64,000 nt of DNA from Felis catus (taxonomy: Eukaryota): positions 20,896,001 through 20,960,000 of the forward strand of contig NC_058368.1 of the NCBI RefSeq assembly GCF_018350175.1, written 5' to 3'. Within the stretch, counting starts at the first letter, position 1; each line of letters starts with the position of its first letter. The position numbers and the translations under genes were made by a program. The notes beneath the pieces are model-generated. The model had not been told where the DNA came from, searched no databases, and was given only the letters and a program-made list of their open reading frames with translations. Positions 51,800 to 64,000 of this stretch are shown in pieces.

Positions 51800-52052
51800 C
51801 AATAGTCAACTTGAAAGCACTTGGCCTTTAGGGCAGGTAGGTTCCGTTCATCCCCAAATGACTGTCATGTACAAAAGCAGAACTGATGTTGGCAAATCTA
51901 TAAATTTTTTCAAAACAAACTGGGAAATGTGGATGTTTGTATAAAATACAATGTTTACATGTTGGCTCAAAGTTTTAAAATATGCTGTGAGCCAAAACAA
52001 AAATGTATGCAAGCCAAATCCTGCCTACAGCCGCCAATTCATAAGCTCTTCT
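51800..52052. mobile_element. old hAT-Charlie MITE (MER103/MER102-like)
   Basis: GATGTTGGCAAATCT...TTTTTCAAAACAAACTGG...GCCAAAACAAAAATGTATGCAAGCC; ends near CTCTAGA. Confidence 0.5.
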
Positions 52053-52300
52053 CTAGATAAAAAGAAGAATTATTGATGTGTTAAAATGTTAGGTGTGTTC
52101 ATCCTTCTTTTGGTTACCAAATTAAAAAAAAAATACATTGATGTCCAATCCAAGCTAGAGCACTCTATTCTTTATATCACTACAGTTAGCTCTTATCACA
52201 TTCTATTCGAGCTGTGTGAGCCTCCATTTTCCTGATTTGAATATAAAGTCGCCCGAAGACTACCTTATTTGACTTATTATTATCAGTACCCACTGCTTAC

Positions 52301-52387
52301 CTGTGCCTAAGTGCCACATAACCCATCTCCACAACAAAGTTATTAAGATAATTAATCTGAACGAATCTTCTGAATGATGACATTTGA
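52301..52387 (-). other. candidate spliced exon (87 nt), gene unknown
   Basis: Minus strand: modest acceptor caattatttcag, donor CAG|gtaagc; two open frames. Confidence 0.15.
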
Positions 52388-52859
52388 CTGAAATAATTGA
52401 TATACTTATGGCATTAATCACACATACAAAAATAAAATCAGAGACGGAAAGATATTTTAAATGCTTAAAAAAATTAGCATAAGAAATTGTGCTGTATTTG
52501 TAACAATTACAACTAAAATATAAAGAAGATGCACTACTATTTGAAAGAAAGTCAGAATCATGAGTAAGCATTTGGGAATCTAAAATATCACACTCTATGG
52601 AAACAAAAGTGAAAATCCAGAAAATGAACATGATGTAGCCACGATGATGCTATTCTCCACAGTATAAAAATAGGGCATGTCTCAACCTACCCAAATTAGA
52701 CATCAGATGAAAAGAATTTCTTTAAGGAAAGGGGCCTATCTTTCACGAATTCTTTCCCTTCTCCCTTCTTAAACGGCCTGGTGGAGCTTTGCTTACACTT
52801 GGGCCCGAAGCACGGATATATACACAAAGCTAACACAGTCACCACTTGGCATTGCTTTT

Positions 52860-53085
52860 GGCAGTTCCCAAAGCATCTTGCGTGTGTACTATCTCACATG
52901 ATTCTCTCAATTGCTCTTTAAGGTCAGGCAGATATTATTATTCCCATAAATACACGGGAAAACAAGCTCAGAGAATCAAGTGTCCAACCAAATATTTCAC
53001 AGCTACATCATGCTAGAGCCCATGCGAGAGCTAGAATCTTCTAAATCCAAAGCCAGTGATCTTTCTACTATACAATGTTGCTCTT
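52860..53085 (-). mobile_element. MIR
   Basis: GGCAGATATTATTATTCCCAT...AAACAAGCTCAGAGA...CTAAATCCAAAGCCAGTGATCTTTCTACTATAC. Confidence 0.7.
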
Positions 53086-55142
53086 TTCATACATATAAAG
53101 CTGAAGAAATATACATCTCTTCTAATAAAGTAAAAATATAGAGTATGAAACAACTCTACATTACAGTTTTTATAAGTTTGTGACATTCCAAACATCAATC
53201 TTATGAGCCAGATAAAATGAAATACATTCTGATATTTTTGAGAAGAAAAATATCAGGACTTGTATAATAAAAAAGGAACTATTCCCAAGATTTGTTTTCA
53301 TTAGGCTAAGGACCCTTTAAATAGAAAGCTAAATAATTATGGTCATGGTGTTAGACTAAAACATGAGCATCAAACCATGAATTTTTGTTTGTATGAATGG
53401 TTTGTACTTTTATGCCAACTGCAAAACACAGTTTCTCAAGCTACTCCACAGTATAAATTCCAACTACTATATATAACAATGTATCCAACCTCAGGAAATG
53501 AAATTAAGGCCAAAGAACAGAGTTAAAGCGTCTATTCCCTAATGAAAAATTTCCTTATCACTGTAACATCAAAGTAAAAAAAATCAAGCATGTATCTTGC
53601 TTGAAAGTTTCAACTAAAAAAAAACCTTGCCCCCACTTCATAGTGGACCTCTAGGGAGTCATAATTTTACAGAATGAATACTGTTACCAGATTGTGAAAT
53701 TACAGAAAGCACTGTTCTAGTAAACATGAATACAATCTTCATAACCTGGTTAAAAAGATAATAAAATTTTAAATCACTTAACCTAAAAATAGAGAAAAAC
53801 ACAAAATGAAATCTATAAACAATGCAAGAGAATTTTCAAATATGGTATTAAAAAGGACATCATATTATTTACTGACATCAGCCTAACCAGAATTATGAGG
53901 TTAAGACTATATGTAATTTACCCCTAAGAAAAAAGTAATCATAAGTGAAAATGATAGGGTTTTTTAGTAGCAATTCAAAATAGGGTAATTGGCACCAAAA
54001 ATTATATGGCAATTTTAAAATGAGAAAAACTTGTTGGAGTATAGGTAAAGAAGACATATGGTGTTTGGTTGAATTTGCAGCTGGAAAGTGTGCTGCCTTG
54101 TCTAGTCCAAGGAAACTAAGTGCAGAACAACAGAGAAGTTATTCTATTTTTATAAGCCTCAGTTACCAATTCTGAAGCATAAGAACAGTGATATAAATCT
54201 TAACAATTTCAAATGGACAGTACAAGGAAAAACTGAGTTTCAAAACTGAGTTAAAAGGCAAATATAAGATTGTGATTTTGTTCTTGATTTCTATGTCATT
54301 AGTAGGGTTTGCAAAGATAATGCAGCAGCCATTAACTTTTCATTATGATGTTCATAATAAAATAAGGAAGGAAAATGGATGTCTACTCTAGTGGGTATTT
54401 TTGGTTGCCATCTAGAATCCATTCCTCTTTTTCCCCATTCAAGCAACACTCTAGTCTATAGTCTTTGGGGAACCACTTGTCCCCCATTATTAGTCACCTG
54501 TTTTATTTAAGGCCAGATTGCCTCATTTATCACCACCCTGACCATAATAATTAGCACAAATATGAGTACATAACTTGATACATAGATGAGCACAAACATA
54601 ATCTGAATTAATGATATATGACAAGATACTTGCTGAGACTTCCAGAAAGAAAAACAAAAGCTTTTTAAAACCTTAGTAATTAGAAATTACAAAGCCTTCC
54701 CATTTTCTCTTTGACTTAAGAGTCAAACTATCATAACAAATAATTCAGAAGATAATTTAAGAAATAAGTTTATAAACTAAACTTGTGAGATACAGCCAAA
54801 ACAGAAATATAAGGCAAAGTAATCATTTCAATTTTTATTAAATGAAATAGAGTGAAATTAAAAAATTAAGCAAACAAATAAAATCAGTAAAATAAAGCAG
54901 AAAATAAATTAACAACTATAGAAGTTGGTTACTTGAAATCAACAACATGGGATATTAAATTATGGCAAGATTTACTACGAAAACAGAAAATTAACCAAAT
55001 AAATATGAAGAAGATATACCACAGGAGAGATTCAAGTATTTATTGTGAAATGATAGAAAAAAAATTTTTTAAACCTTAATAACCACTCTAGAACACAAGA
55101 AAATTTGGTCGGTAGAATAAACTTGTTCAGAAGCCCTTTACT

Positions 55143-55238
<96 letters not shown>
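55143..55238. repeat. (GATA)n microsatellite
   Basis: Direct reading. Confidence 0.98.
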
Positions 55239-55239
<1 letters not shown>

Positions 55240-56839
55240 AACAAAACATTAATGAAGTAAAAACCACTATGTAATGATAACTGAGAACACTTTGCCTAAG
55301 TTGAAAGTGTATATAGGACACTCCAAACGCAGAAGTGATGTGTGTGAAAGGTAGAGTTTAGAGAATGAGTTAGCTGATTACTACACCTGAAGCATTCAGG
55401 ACAGTGGTTTTCTCTATGTACTCATTCATCCCTAATTTGGGACAAGATAAGTAAGTGGCTGACTTTTGCTTCTAAGAAGTATGAATGTGTAGGTCCAAAA
55501 GATAGGGAAGTTCCACAGAAGTTTAGCTATACTTTGGAGTAAGATATAACCCTACTCACCCAGAAGATGAGCTACCGTCACGTACTGCCCAGCTGAACAA
55601 TTTACCTCTCCCCTACAATAACTCAAAGTAATTACAATATATAACAGCATCTGTATAAAAATAATAAGGCAATTTGAAAGAAGTATAAACCCAGAATCAA
55701 CCAACACCTGGAGAAAAGTACCAAACCCAACAAAAAAAGAGCTAACATTTGAGGATACACAGTTAATAGAATAAATAAAAAATTTTTACAAAAGGGTAAT
55801 AATATTCTCAAAGGAATAAGAGAAGATATCATATCTATGGTATAAGAAAAAGCTATTATGTAAAATAACTAGAGATCTTAAAATGAAAAATGTACAATCT
55901 TTGAAGCAAACTCAAAAGATTAGCTGAATAGCAAAATAAGTACTGATGAACAGCAAATTAGTAACCTCACATTAAGCTAAGGAAATCTCCCAGAACTTAA
56001 TGTAAACAAAAATGTCATGGAAAGTATGAAATAAAGGTTTAGAGCATGAAGAGAAGATTTAAAGTTTCAACATTTTTCTAATAACAGTTGAAGAAAGAGA
56101 ACAGAGAAAATAAGAGGGCTGGAAAATCAAAATTAACTTAAAAATAATAGAAGACAATTTTACAGTTTACTCAATATCTGCCTAAGCAAAGTTTAAAAAC
56201 AGATTTCAACAGAAGCACATTGATCTGCAGCAGCTTTAAGTGCTTGCTAAAACAAAGCTCAACACTCTCTAGAGGAGGACAACAAAATCCACTCAATACG
56301 CACCATAATGTTCAACATTCAATAAAAAATTAGTAAACATGCCAAAAGGTAGGAAATGTGACAGATAATCAGGAGAGAAATCTGTGAATTGATATCAACC
56401 CAGAGATAACAAGTAGATAAGAATCCTAAAGCAACTATTATGATTATGTGCAAATATTTACAGGAAAACATGAACAGAATAAGGAGAGAAAAGGAAGCTA
56501 TTTAAATGAACCTAAGGAAATGGTTAGAGATAAAAAATATATATGAAATTTGAAATGAAAAGTTTACCGAATGAGTTGAACACCAGATTAGACACTGCAA
56601 AAGAAAAGGTAAGTAAACTTGAAAGCATAATAATAGAATTTATACAATACAAATCACTAAGAGATATGAGGCGAAAATAAAATTACCGTAGTGTCCTCTA
56701 GGGTGATATCAAGAAGTCTAATATTTATGTAATTACAGTCTTAGAAAAAAAGGAGAGTAATAATGGCTGATTTTTTTCAAAATTTTACTAAAGCTCTAAA
56801 CCTACTGACTGAAGAAACACAATAAATCCCAAGCATAAT

Positions 56840-56841
<2 letters not shown>

Positions 56842-56885
<44 letters not shown>
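56842..56885. repeat. (CA)n microsatellite
   Basis: Direct reading. Confidence 0.98.
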
Positions 56886-56887
<2 letters not shown>

Positions 56888-57541
56888 CCACAAACACAGA
56901 GTCATATAATAATAAAATTTTTAAAAATCACTGATAAAGAGAATATCTTAAATGCAGCCAAAGAAACAAGACCTTATACACAGAGGAACAAATATACAAA
57001 TTCTCACAAGAAAGTATGCAAGCCAGAAGACAATGGAATTATGTTTTTCAAATGATTTTAAAAATCCTTAAGTCCCATAATGCAATGTGCAATTAAAAAT
57101 AGCTTTCAAAATGAGGGTGAAGTAAGAACTTTTGAGACCAAAAAGTTCAGAAAATTCATGAACAGTAGACGTACATTACAAAAAAAAAAATGTAAAAGGA
57201 TATTCTTTAGGCAAAAGCCAAGTAATAACAAATGACAACAATAACAACAACAAAATGACAAAAGAGTTGATTCACCATGAAGTCATTACAATCCCAAATG
57301 TATGTGCACCCAATAAAAGAATTTCAGTATATATGAGTCAAAAACTAACAGAACTGAAAGGAAAAATGGACAAAATGATGACTATAGTTACAAATTTCAA
57401 CACTGCTCTCTTACTAATAGATAGAAAAACAAGACTAAAAATTGGTAAGCACATGGAGGACTTGAGCAACACTAAAAATTTGACATGATTGACATTTTTG
57501 GAAGACTTTATCCAATCACAGCAGAATACACATTTGTTTTT

Positions 57542-57786
57542 AAAAAAAATTTTTTTAATGTTTATTTTTGAGAGAGAGAGAGAGAGAGAGCGCGCGCGTG
57601 CGCGCGCGCGCGCGCGCGAGCGAGTGGGGGAGGGGCAGAGAGAGGGGGAGGCACAGAATCTCAAGTAGGCTCCAGGCTCTGAGCTGTCAGCACAGACCCG
57701 GACACGGGGGCTCGAACCCACGAACTGTGAGATCATGACCTGAGCCGAAGTCGGACGCTCAGCCGACTGAGCCACCCAAGCGCCCC
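57542..57786 (-). mobile_element. Can-SINE (SINEC_Fc-type) containing a (CG)n tract
   Basis: TSD TACACATTTGTTTTT at 57527-57541 and 57789-57803. Confidence 0.96.
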
Positions 57787-57819
57787 TGTACACATTTGTT
57801 TTTTAAAGACACATGGAAC

Positions 57820-58030
57820 GGTGCCTGGGTGGCTCAGTCGGTTAAGCATCTGACTTCAGCTTAGGTCATGATCCCACTGTTCGTGGGTTTGAGCCCCACA
57901 TCAGGCTCTGTGCTGACAGCTCAGAGCCTGGGGCCTGCTTGGATTCTGTGTCTCCCCCTCTCTCTGCTCCTCCCTGACTTTCTCTCTCTCTCTCTCTCAA
58001 AAATAAATAAGCATTTAAAATTTTAAAAAA
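57820..58030 (+). mobile_element. Can-SINE without a recognisable TSD
   Basis: GGTGCCTGGGTGGCTCAGTCGGTTAAGC...(CT)n...AAAAATAAATAAGC. Confidence 0.94.
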
Positions 58031-58251
58031 TCAAAGATAACAAAAGCAAAAATAAACAAGTGGGACTACACCAAACTAAAAGGCTTCTGGGAGCACCTGG
58101 GTGGCTCAATTGGTTAAGTGTCCAACTTAGGCTCAGGTCATGATCTCATAGTTTGTGAGTTTGAGCCCCACATTTGGCTCTCTGCTGTCAGCATGGAGCC
58201 AGCCTCAGAACCTCTGTCTCCCTTTCTTTCCCCTCTGCCACTTGCATGCAT

Positions 58252-58296
<45 letters not shown>

Positions 58297-58916
58297 AATA
58301 AACATTAAAAACTTTTTAAGGCTTCTGTACAACAAAGGTAACTATCAACAAAAAGAAAAGACAAACTACAGAATGAGAGAAAATGTTGGCAAATTATATA
58401 TCTAATAAAGGACTAACAGGTCAAATACATAAAGAACATACAACTCAATAGCAAAAATAAACAATCAAACTATAAGTGGACAGAGGATCCGAATAGACAT
58501 TTTTCCAAAGAAGATGCACAGATAGCCAAAAGGTACATGAAAATGTGCTTAACATCACTAATCAAGAAGGAACTGCAAATCAAAACCATAGTGAGATACA
58601 ACCTCACACTTGTTAGAATGGCTATTATCAAAAATTATAAGAAATAATGAGAAAATGGAACCCTTGTGCATTGTTGTGGGAATGTAAATTTGAGCAACAA
58701 CTATGAAAAATGGCATGAAGTTTCTTTTCAAAAATTAAAAAGAGAACTACCATATACTTCTGTGTAGTTGTCGAAAGAAAATGAAAACGTTAACTTGAAA
58801 AGATATGTGCACCCTATGTTCACTGCAGAATTATTTACAATAACCAAGACATGGAAAAAACCTAATTGTTCATCACTGAATGAATGGATAAAGAAGATGT
58901 GGTGTGTATACACACA

Positions 58917-58958
<42 letters not shown>

Positions 58959-59495
58959 ACATATATTTGAGATACATAAAATTTGAGATATATAAATATT
59001 ATTCATCCAAAGGGGATTTGCCATTTTCAGCAACATGGATGGACCTTGAGAGCAGTATACTAAGTAAAATAAGTCAGAGAAAGACAAATACCATATGCTT
59101 TCACTTATACGTGAAATCTGAAAAACAAAACAAAATCAGACTCATAGATACAGAGGACAGATTGGCGGTTGCCAGAGGCAAGGGATGGGAAGTGGGTAAA
59201 ATGGTTGAAGGTGACCAAAAAGTATAAACTTCCAAGTATAAAATAAATAAGTCACGGAAATGTAATGTGCAGCATGGTTACTATGCTTAATAACTCGGAA
59301 TCCTACATCTGAAAGTTGCCAAGAGTAAATCTTAAAGTTTCTCATTGGAAGAAAAAAATTATAACTGTGTATGGTAATGAATGTTAACTAGACTTACTAT
59401 GGTGATCATGTGCCAACACATACAAATAATGAACCATGTTGTACACCCAAAACCAATATAATATTCCAATTAATAAATCTCAATTTAAAAAAAAA
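58031..59495 (+). mobile_element. truncated L1 (L1MA9-like) ORF2 end plus 3'UTR, with a nested SINE
   Basis: AAAAGCAAAAATAAACAAGTGGGACTAC...HPMFTAELFTITKTWKKPNCSSLNEWIKKMW...AGAGTAAATCTTAAAGTTTCTCA...polyA. Confidence 0.9.
58090..58317 (+). mobile_element. Can-SINE
   Basis: TSD AAGGCTTCTG at 58080-58089 and 58318-58327. Confidence 0.94.
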
Positions 59496-60480
59496 GTTGG
59501 TTCTTTGAAAACAGCAAATTTGATAAGATTCTAGTTAAAGTAGTCATCATCAGTAACAACAAAAACGATTGAAGTTACAAAATACCAATATCACAAACGA
59601 AACTAAAGGTGCTACTACAGACCATACAGACGTTAAAAGGGAAGTAAGCAAATATCACGACGAACATTAGAACAATAAATTGGACAGCTCTGGTGAAGTG
59701 GACAAATTCCTTGCAAATTCTAAATTGCCAAAACAGCCTTATGAAGAAATTTAAAATCATGAGACACCCACTACATACCCACTAGACTAGTCAAAATTAA
59801 AAAGACTGGTTATACCAAATGTTGTCAGAATTTGCAACAACTGTAAATCTCATATACTGCTGGTAGGAAAATTGTACAGTCACTTCAGAAAGCAAATGCA
59901 CAGTTTCTTATAAAGTTGTACAGACTCCATTTCACCCAGAAACTCCATTTCTAAAGTATTTATACGGTAGAAATGAAAACATAGGTCCACACAAAGACTT
60001 ACACACAAATATTCATAGCATCTATATTCATAATTGCCCAAAAGTGGAACAAATATAAATATCCATCATCAAGTGAATGGACAAATTGTGGTATAGAAAA
60101 GCAAAAGAATACCACTTAGAGATAAAAAGAGTGAACTATGACAAGCTCAACAACATGGATGAATCTAAAAAAGATTATTATTGACTGAAAAAAATCCAGA
60201 CACAAAAAACATATACTGTATGATTCCATTTAAATGAAACTCTATAGAAGGCAACTATAATCTATAGTGACAGAAAGCAAATTAGTGGTTGCCTGGGTCG
60301 GCAGTAGAGGGATTAACTGGAAAGGGGCACAGGGGAACTTTAGGGGATGACATAAATGTTGTCTATCCCAGTTATGGTGTGGTTTCATGGGCATATGAGT
60401 TTGTCAAAACTCATCAAAATGAACATTCAAAATGGGTACATTTTATTACATACAATTATACCTTAGTGGAGTTGATTTTT
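59496..60480 (+). mobile_element. old L1 (L1MC/ME-like) ORF2 pieces and 3' end
   Basis: GTTGGTTCTTTGAAAAC...; GAAATGAAAACATAGGTCCACACAAAGACTT...TTGTCAAAACTCATCAAAATGAACA. Confidence 0.8.
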
Positions 60481-60489
60481 ATGAAGGAT

Positions 60490-61912
60490 TTTAGGATACC
60501 CTCTCTGGACTCCATTTCCCCTTTCAGCTACTTTTCTATTTCTTTAGCTAAACTTTTTGAAAGAATTATTCATACTCGCTTTCTCTAATTTCCCTCCTCT
60601 TCTCTCTTAAGCCTGCTCCAGTCTTTCGCTTTCACCTATCCCACCCTAATAAAATGACTCTGGTCAAAGTCACTAATGACTTGCCTTTTGCTAAATTCTT
60701 TTGCAGAACCCATTCTCATAGGACCTGTCTGTTGCACTCTATATCGTTGATTATTCTATCTTCTTGAGACACTTTGTCTTCTACTTTGTTATACTCCATG
60801 GTTTTCCTCCTATTACAAGCATTGCTTCTTCTTGGCTACTGGCTCTTCATCTTTCCCCCAAGCTTTAAATGTTGGAGTGCACCAGCACTCAGTCTTTGGA
60901 CCTTTCCTCTACTCTGCTTCTACTCATTCCTTCTGTGCGATTATCTATTGCCCTGGCTTACCACATGTTAACAACATCCATATCGATATCTTTAGGGCGA
61001 CGCTTTCCCCTGAACTCCAGGTTCAAATCGAATTGTCTGTTCAGCATCTCTATTTGGATGCCTGTTAGATCATCTCAAGCTCAGTATCCCTCACATCCCC
61101 CCCTAAATTTTTCCTCCCTCAGTGCCATATTCACAACGGCAATTCTGCTTATTCAGGTTTTCGAACCAAAAACCATGAAGTCGCCGATTCTTTTCTCTAT
61201 CTTACCCCCCACGCACAATGTGGCCCTGTCTTTAACACATACTCAGAATCTGTCGATTTCCCACCACCTCTGTCGTCCTATTCCACGTTACCCTGTCTTC
61301 TTGGTGTGATTGCAATAGTCCAACTACCCTGCCTGATTCCTTCCTTCTTTATAACTGGTTCTCAACACAGAGTGATTCTGTCAAGATACAATGGATCCTG
61401 CCAGGTCTCTGCTCAAAATTTTTTCCAGGGCTCATCATTTCACGTAGAAGAAAAGTCAATGGCCTGCGAGACTTTCCACACCCTTTGTTTTCTCTCTGAC
61501 ATCATCTCCCGTCACAACTGCAACACTGGGGTCTTTGCCTTTTCCTCAAACATATCGGGCATGTTTCCACCCTAGGGCCTTTTCACTTGCTGTTCCCCCT
61601 GCCTCTGACACTTACTCCTCGATTATCCACTTGTACTCAGTGTCACCATAGCCTTCCCTCGTCACTCACTGCAGTTTCAACCTACCTCAGCACTTCCTTT
61701 TTCCATGCCCTGTTTTTCCAACTCTGCAGCACCTAGCACCCTCTAACGTGCTATATGTCTTCCTTATTAATGTTTAGTGTCTATCTCTCCCAACTGAAAT
61801 GAAAGCTCCATACAGGCCAGAATTTTTGTCCATTTTATTCATCTTGATATCTTCAGCACCTACAGCAATACATGAAATGGAATAGGAGTTCAATAAAGAT
61901 TTGTTAAATTAA
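60490..61912 (+). mobile_element. L2 (L2a-like) with RT remnant and 3' end
   Basis: CTGGTCAAAGTCACTAATGAC (LVKVTND); peptide GVHQHSVFGPFLYS resembles RT GVPQGSVLGPLLFS; terminal TCAATAAAGATTTGTTAAATTAAT. Confidence 0.88.
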
Positions 61913-62180
61913 TATTAATGGGGCGCTGCTAACATTAAAATCAGTTTTAAAATAAGATCCCCCCCATGACCATTATTTATCATTGTTCTGAAAGCTCTGG
62001 CCAACATAAACAAAGTTTTGATTAAAGAGAGAATTTTCCCACTTTTTCAGATGGCATGACCGTATACCCAGAAAACTCAAAAGGAAAATAATTATATTAT
62101 TTTAGAATTAGGAAGAGACTCAGTAAAGTAGCTGAATACTCCTTAAATATATACAAATAAATAGGTTTCCTATTTACAGG

Positions 62181-62593
62181 TGGTATGGGCTGAATTGTAT
62201 CCCCACTCCAAGATTCATTTGACTCTTAACCCCCAATACCTCAGAATGTGACAGTATTTGGAAATAGGGCCTATGAAGAAGTGGTTAAGTCAAACTGAAG
62301 CCATTAGGGTATGTCCTAATCCAATCTGATTGGTGTCCTTATTAAAGAGGAAATTTGGAAACAGGAGAGACACCTGACATGCATGTGTGCAGAGGAAAGA
62401 CTATGCAAGGACAGTGCAAGAAGATCATCAAGGAGAGAGGAGAGAGGTCAAGGAGAGAGGTCTCAAGAAACCAAACCCGCTGATACCTTGATCTTGGACT
62501 GCTAGCCTCCGAAATTATGAGAAAATAAACTGCTGTTGTTTGAGCCACACAGCCTGTGCCATTTTGTTATGGTAGCCCTCGCAAACTATTACA
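62181..62593 (+). mobile_element. MaLR solo LTR (MLT1B/C-like) within an old L1 fragment
   Basis: TGGTATGGGCTGAATTGT...CCTCAGAATGTGACAGTATTTGGAAATAGGG...GAAAATAAAC...GCAAACTATTACA. Confidence 0.9.
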
Positions 62594-63229
62594 ACTAGCA
62601 AAAACCGATTAAAATATAAAATGGAGGAAATAATTTCATTCGCCTAAGCTACACAAGAACAAAATACCTAGGAATAATTCTAACCAGGAAAAATCAATGT
62701 CTTGTTTAATTATTATTAGCATCTATCATCCCCATAAGACTCTTGGCTACAGCAGGGACCAAGTTTGCCTTCTCCACCTTTGTATCCCAAGTGCCGAGCC
62801 CATACGGTAGTAGGATTATCTGCTATTGGCCACTAGAGAGGTCTCTGTCCAATACCACCATCATAGCTGTTAAGGGTGTTAAAAGGTTAGACTGTGGTCT
62901 CAGTTTTGATTCATTCCCAGCCCTCCAGATCAAGTGGGTTTGTTTTTCTTCATAAGAACGTATGCAGAGCAAAAGTAATCATTTTAATCACATGTCCTTT
63001 AAACAAGTAAAGATTTAAGGCACCAATGCTTGTTATAGTGGAAATGCCATGCCAAATTGCAGTGCAACCTGGTCTCTGAGTGCCATGGTGACCGGTCAGA
63101 GACCTCTGTGCCACGGTGGCTGGTTCACAAGAACACAAGGTGTAGGTTCAGGGACTCTTTGAAGCTATTCCTGCCTTGGGGACCGAGATGCCGCCTCTTG
63201 CAGCCGCCTTCTCCTTCCAGGTCTTCGCC

Positions 63230-63540
63230 GTGCTGATTCTTTCGCCTCATCGTTGGAGCCTCAGCTCAACGTGACCTCCTCAGAGACTCATCCAGACTCA
63301 AGAACCACCCCCAATCCCTCATCCCTTCCCATCGTCCTGTTCTACTTTTAATGGCTTCTCACCACTTAACAGTTATCTTTATTTTGTTTGTGATCTGCAT
63401 TTCCTCCTGCAGATAGCAAATTCCAAGAAAGCGGGGACTTTCTGTTTTGTCTTCAGTCTCCAGGGCTGATCCCCCATTGCCTAGAACTATGCCTGCGGCA
63501 GGGTGGGCACAGAAGTATTTGCTGAGAAAATAAGTGATGA
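63230..63540 (+). mobile_element. L2 3' fragment
   Basis: TCAGCTCAACGTGACCTCCTCAGAG...GCCTAGAACTATGCCTG...AAGTATTTGCTGA. Confidence 0.65.
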
Positions 63541-64000
63541 GACCAATAAAGAGAAGTCAAGCCTCTTTCTCTAGCTGAGATTACACAGAAATAAAGTCCC
63601 TGCCCTTGTCCTTGAGTTTTGAGAGGGAATGCCTCTTTTCCCTCCTGGTTTTCACAAGGATAGATTGTGCCTCTTTTCTCATCCCACCAAAGGGGAAGAG
63701 AGTTACTGGGTTGAGAGTGATAGCCATTCTCCTACTTTGGAGTTGAGATAACCTATCAGAATTCTCAGAATAACAGACCTTCTTCCTCCTTCCTTCTGTA
63801 ACTCAACCAGTGGGAAGCTGTGGCTGAGGGGTTCATTTGGGCTCTCATGCTGAGCTCTACCCTCAAGCTAGTCTCTATCAGTAATAAAGTGCTCCACCTG
63901 CTGACTCATGTTTTATTTATCATTTGGCTTATAAATCAGGCGGAGAGCGGTATCGGGTACCTTCAAAGATCCCAGCAATGAATGCTTGTTCATTGTTCAG

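Larger units (their letters stand above)
54700..57541 (+). mobile_element. old degraded L1 (L1M) ORF1/ORF2 fragments
   Basis: A-rich L1-like sequence; peptide IHHEVITIPNVCAPNKRISVYMSQKLTELKGKMDK resembles the L1 endonuclease; boundaries approximate. Confidence 0.7.

Noticed and set aside
52260..52631. 123-aa hydrophobic minus-strand ORF
   Set aside because: Composition follows from AT-rich DNA; no homology recognised
60869..61309. 146-aa ORF
   Set aside because: Lies entirely inside the L2 relic

Overview
Mammalian genomic DNA from a carnivore, almost certainly a felid, judged from 15 tRNA-derived Can-SINE copies or fragments (including SINEC_Fc-type copies) and carnivore/felid L1 3' ends. 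The window looks intronic or intergenic and is dominated by interspersed repeats. These include one full-length but dead L1 (43515-51505) carrying four nested insertions, many truncated L1s, L2, MIR, MaLR/ERVL LTRs, Tigger and hAT DNA-transposon relics, and microsatellites. I could not recognise any host protein-coding gene; most listed ORFs are repeat-derived or chance ORFs. A few minus-strand segments with good splice signals are reported only as low-confidence exon candidates. I found no evidence of a novel multi-gene system. The most interesting signals are mechanistic: an L1 with a twin-priming 5' inversion and a perfect 39-bp fold-back 3' end, a locally templated direct/inverted rearrangement scar, a Tigger-like element flanked by CA instead of TA, and recurrent events at homologous sites in different repeat copies. 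Repeat family names come from my recollection of consensus sequences, not from a database search, and the boundaries of old repeats are approximate.
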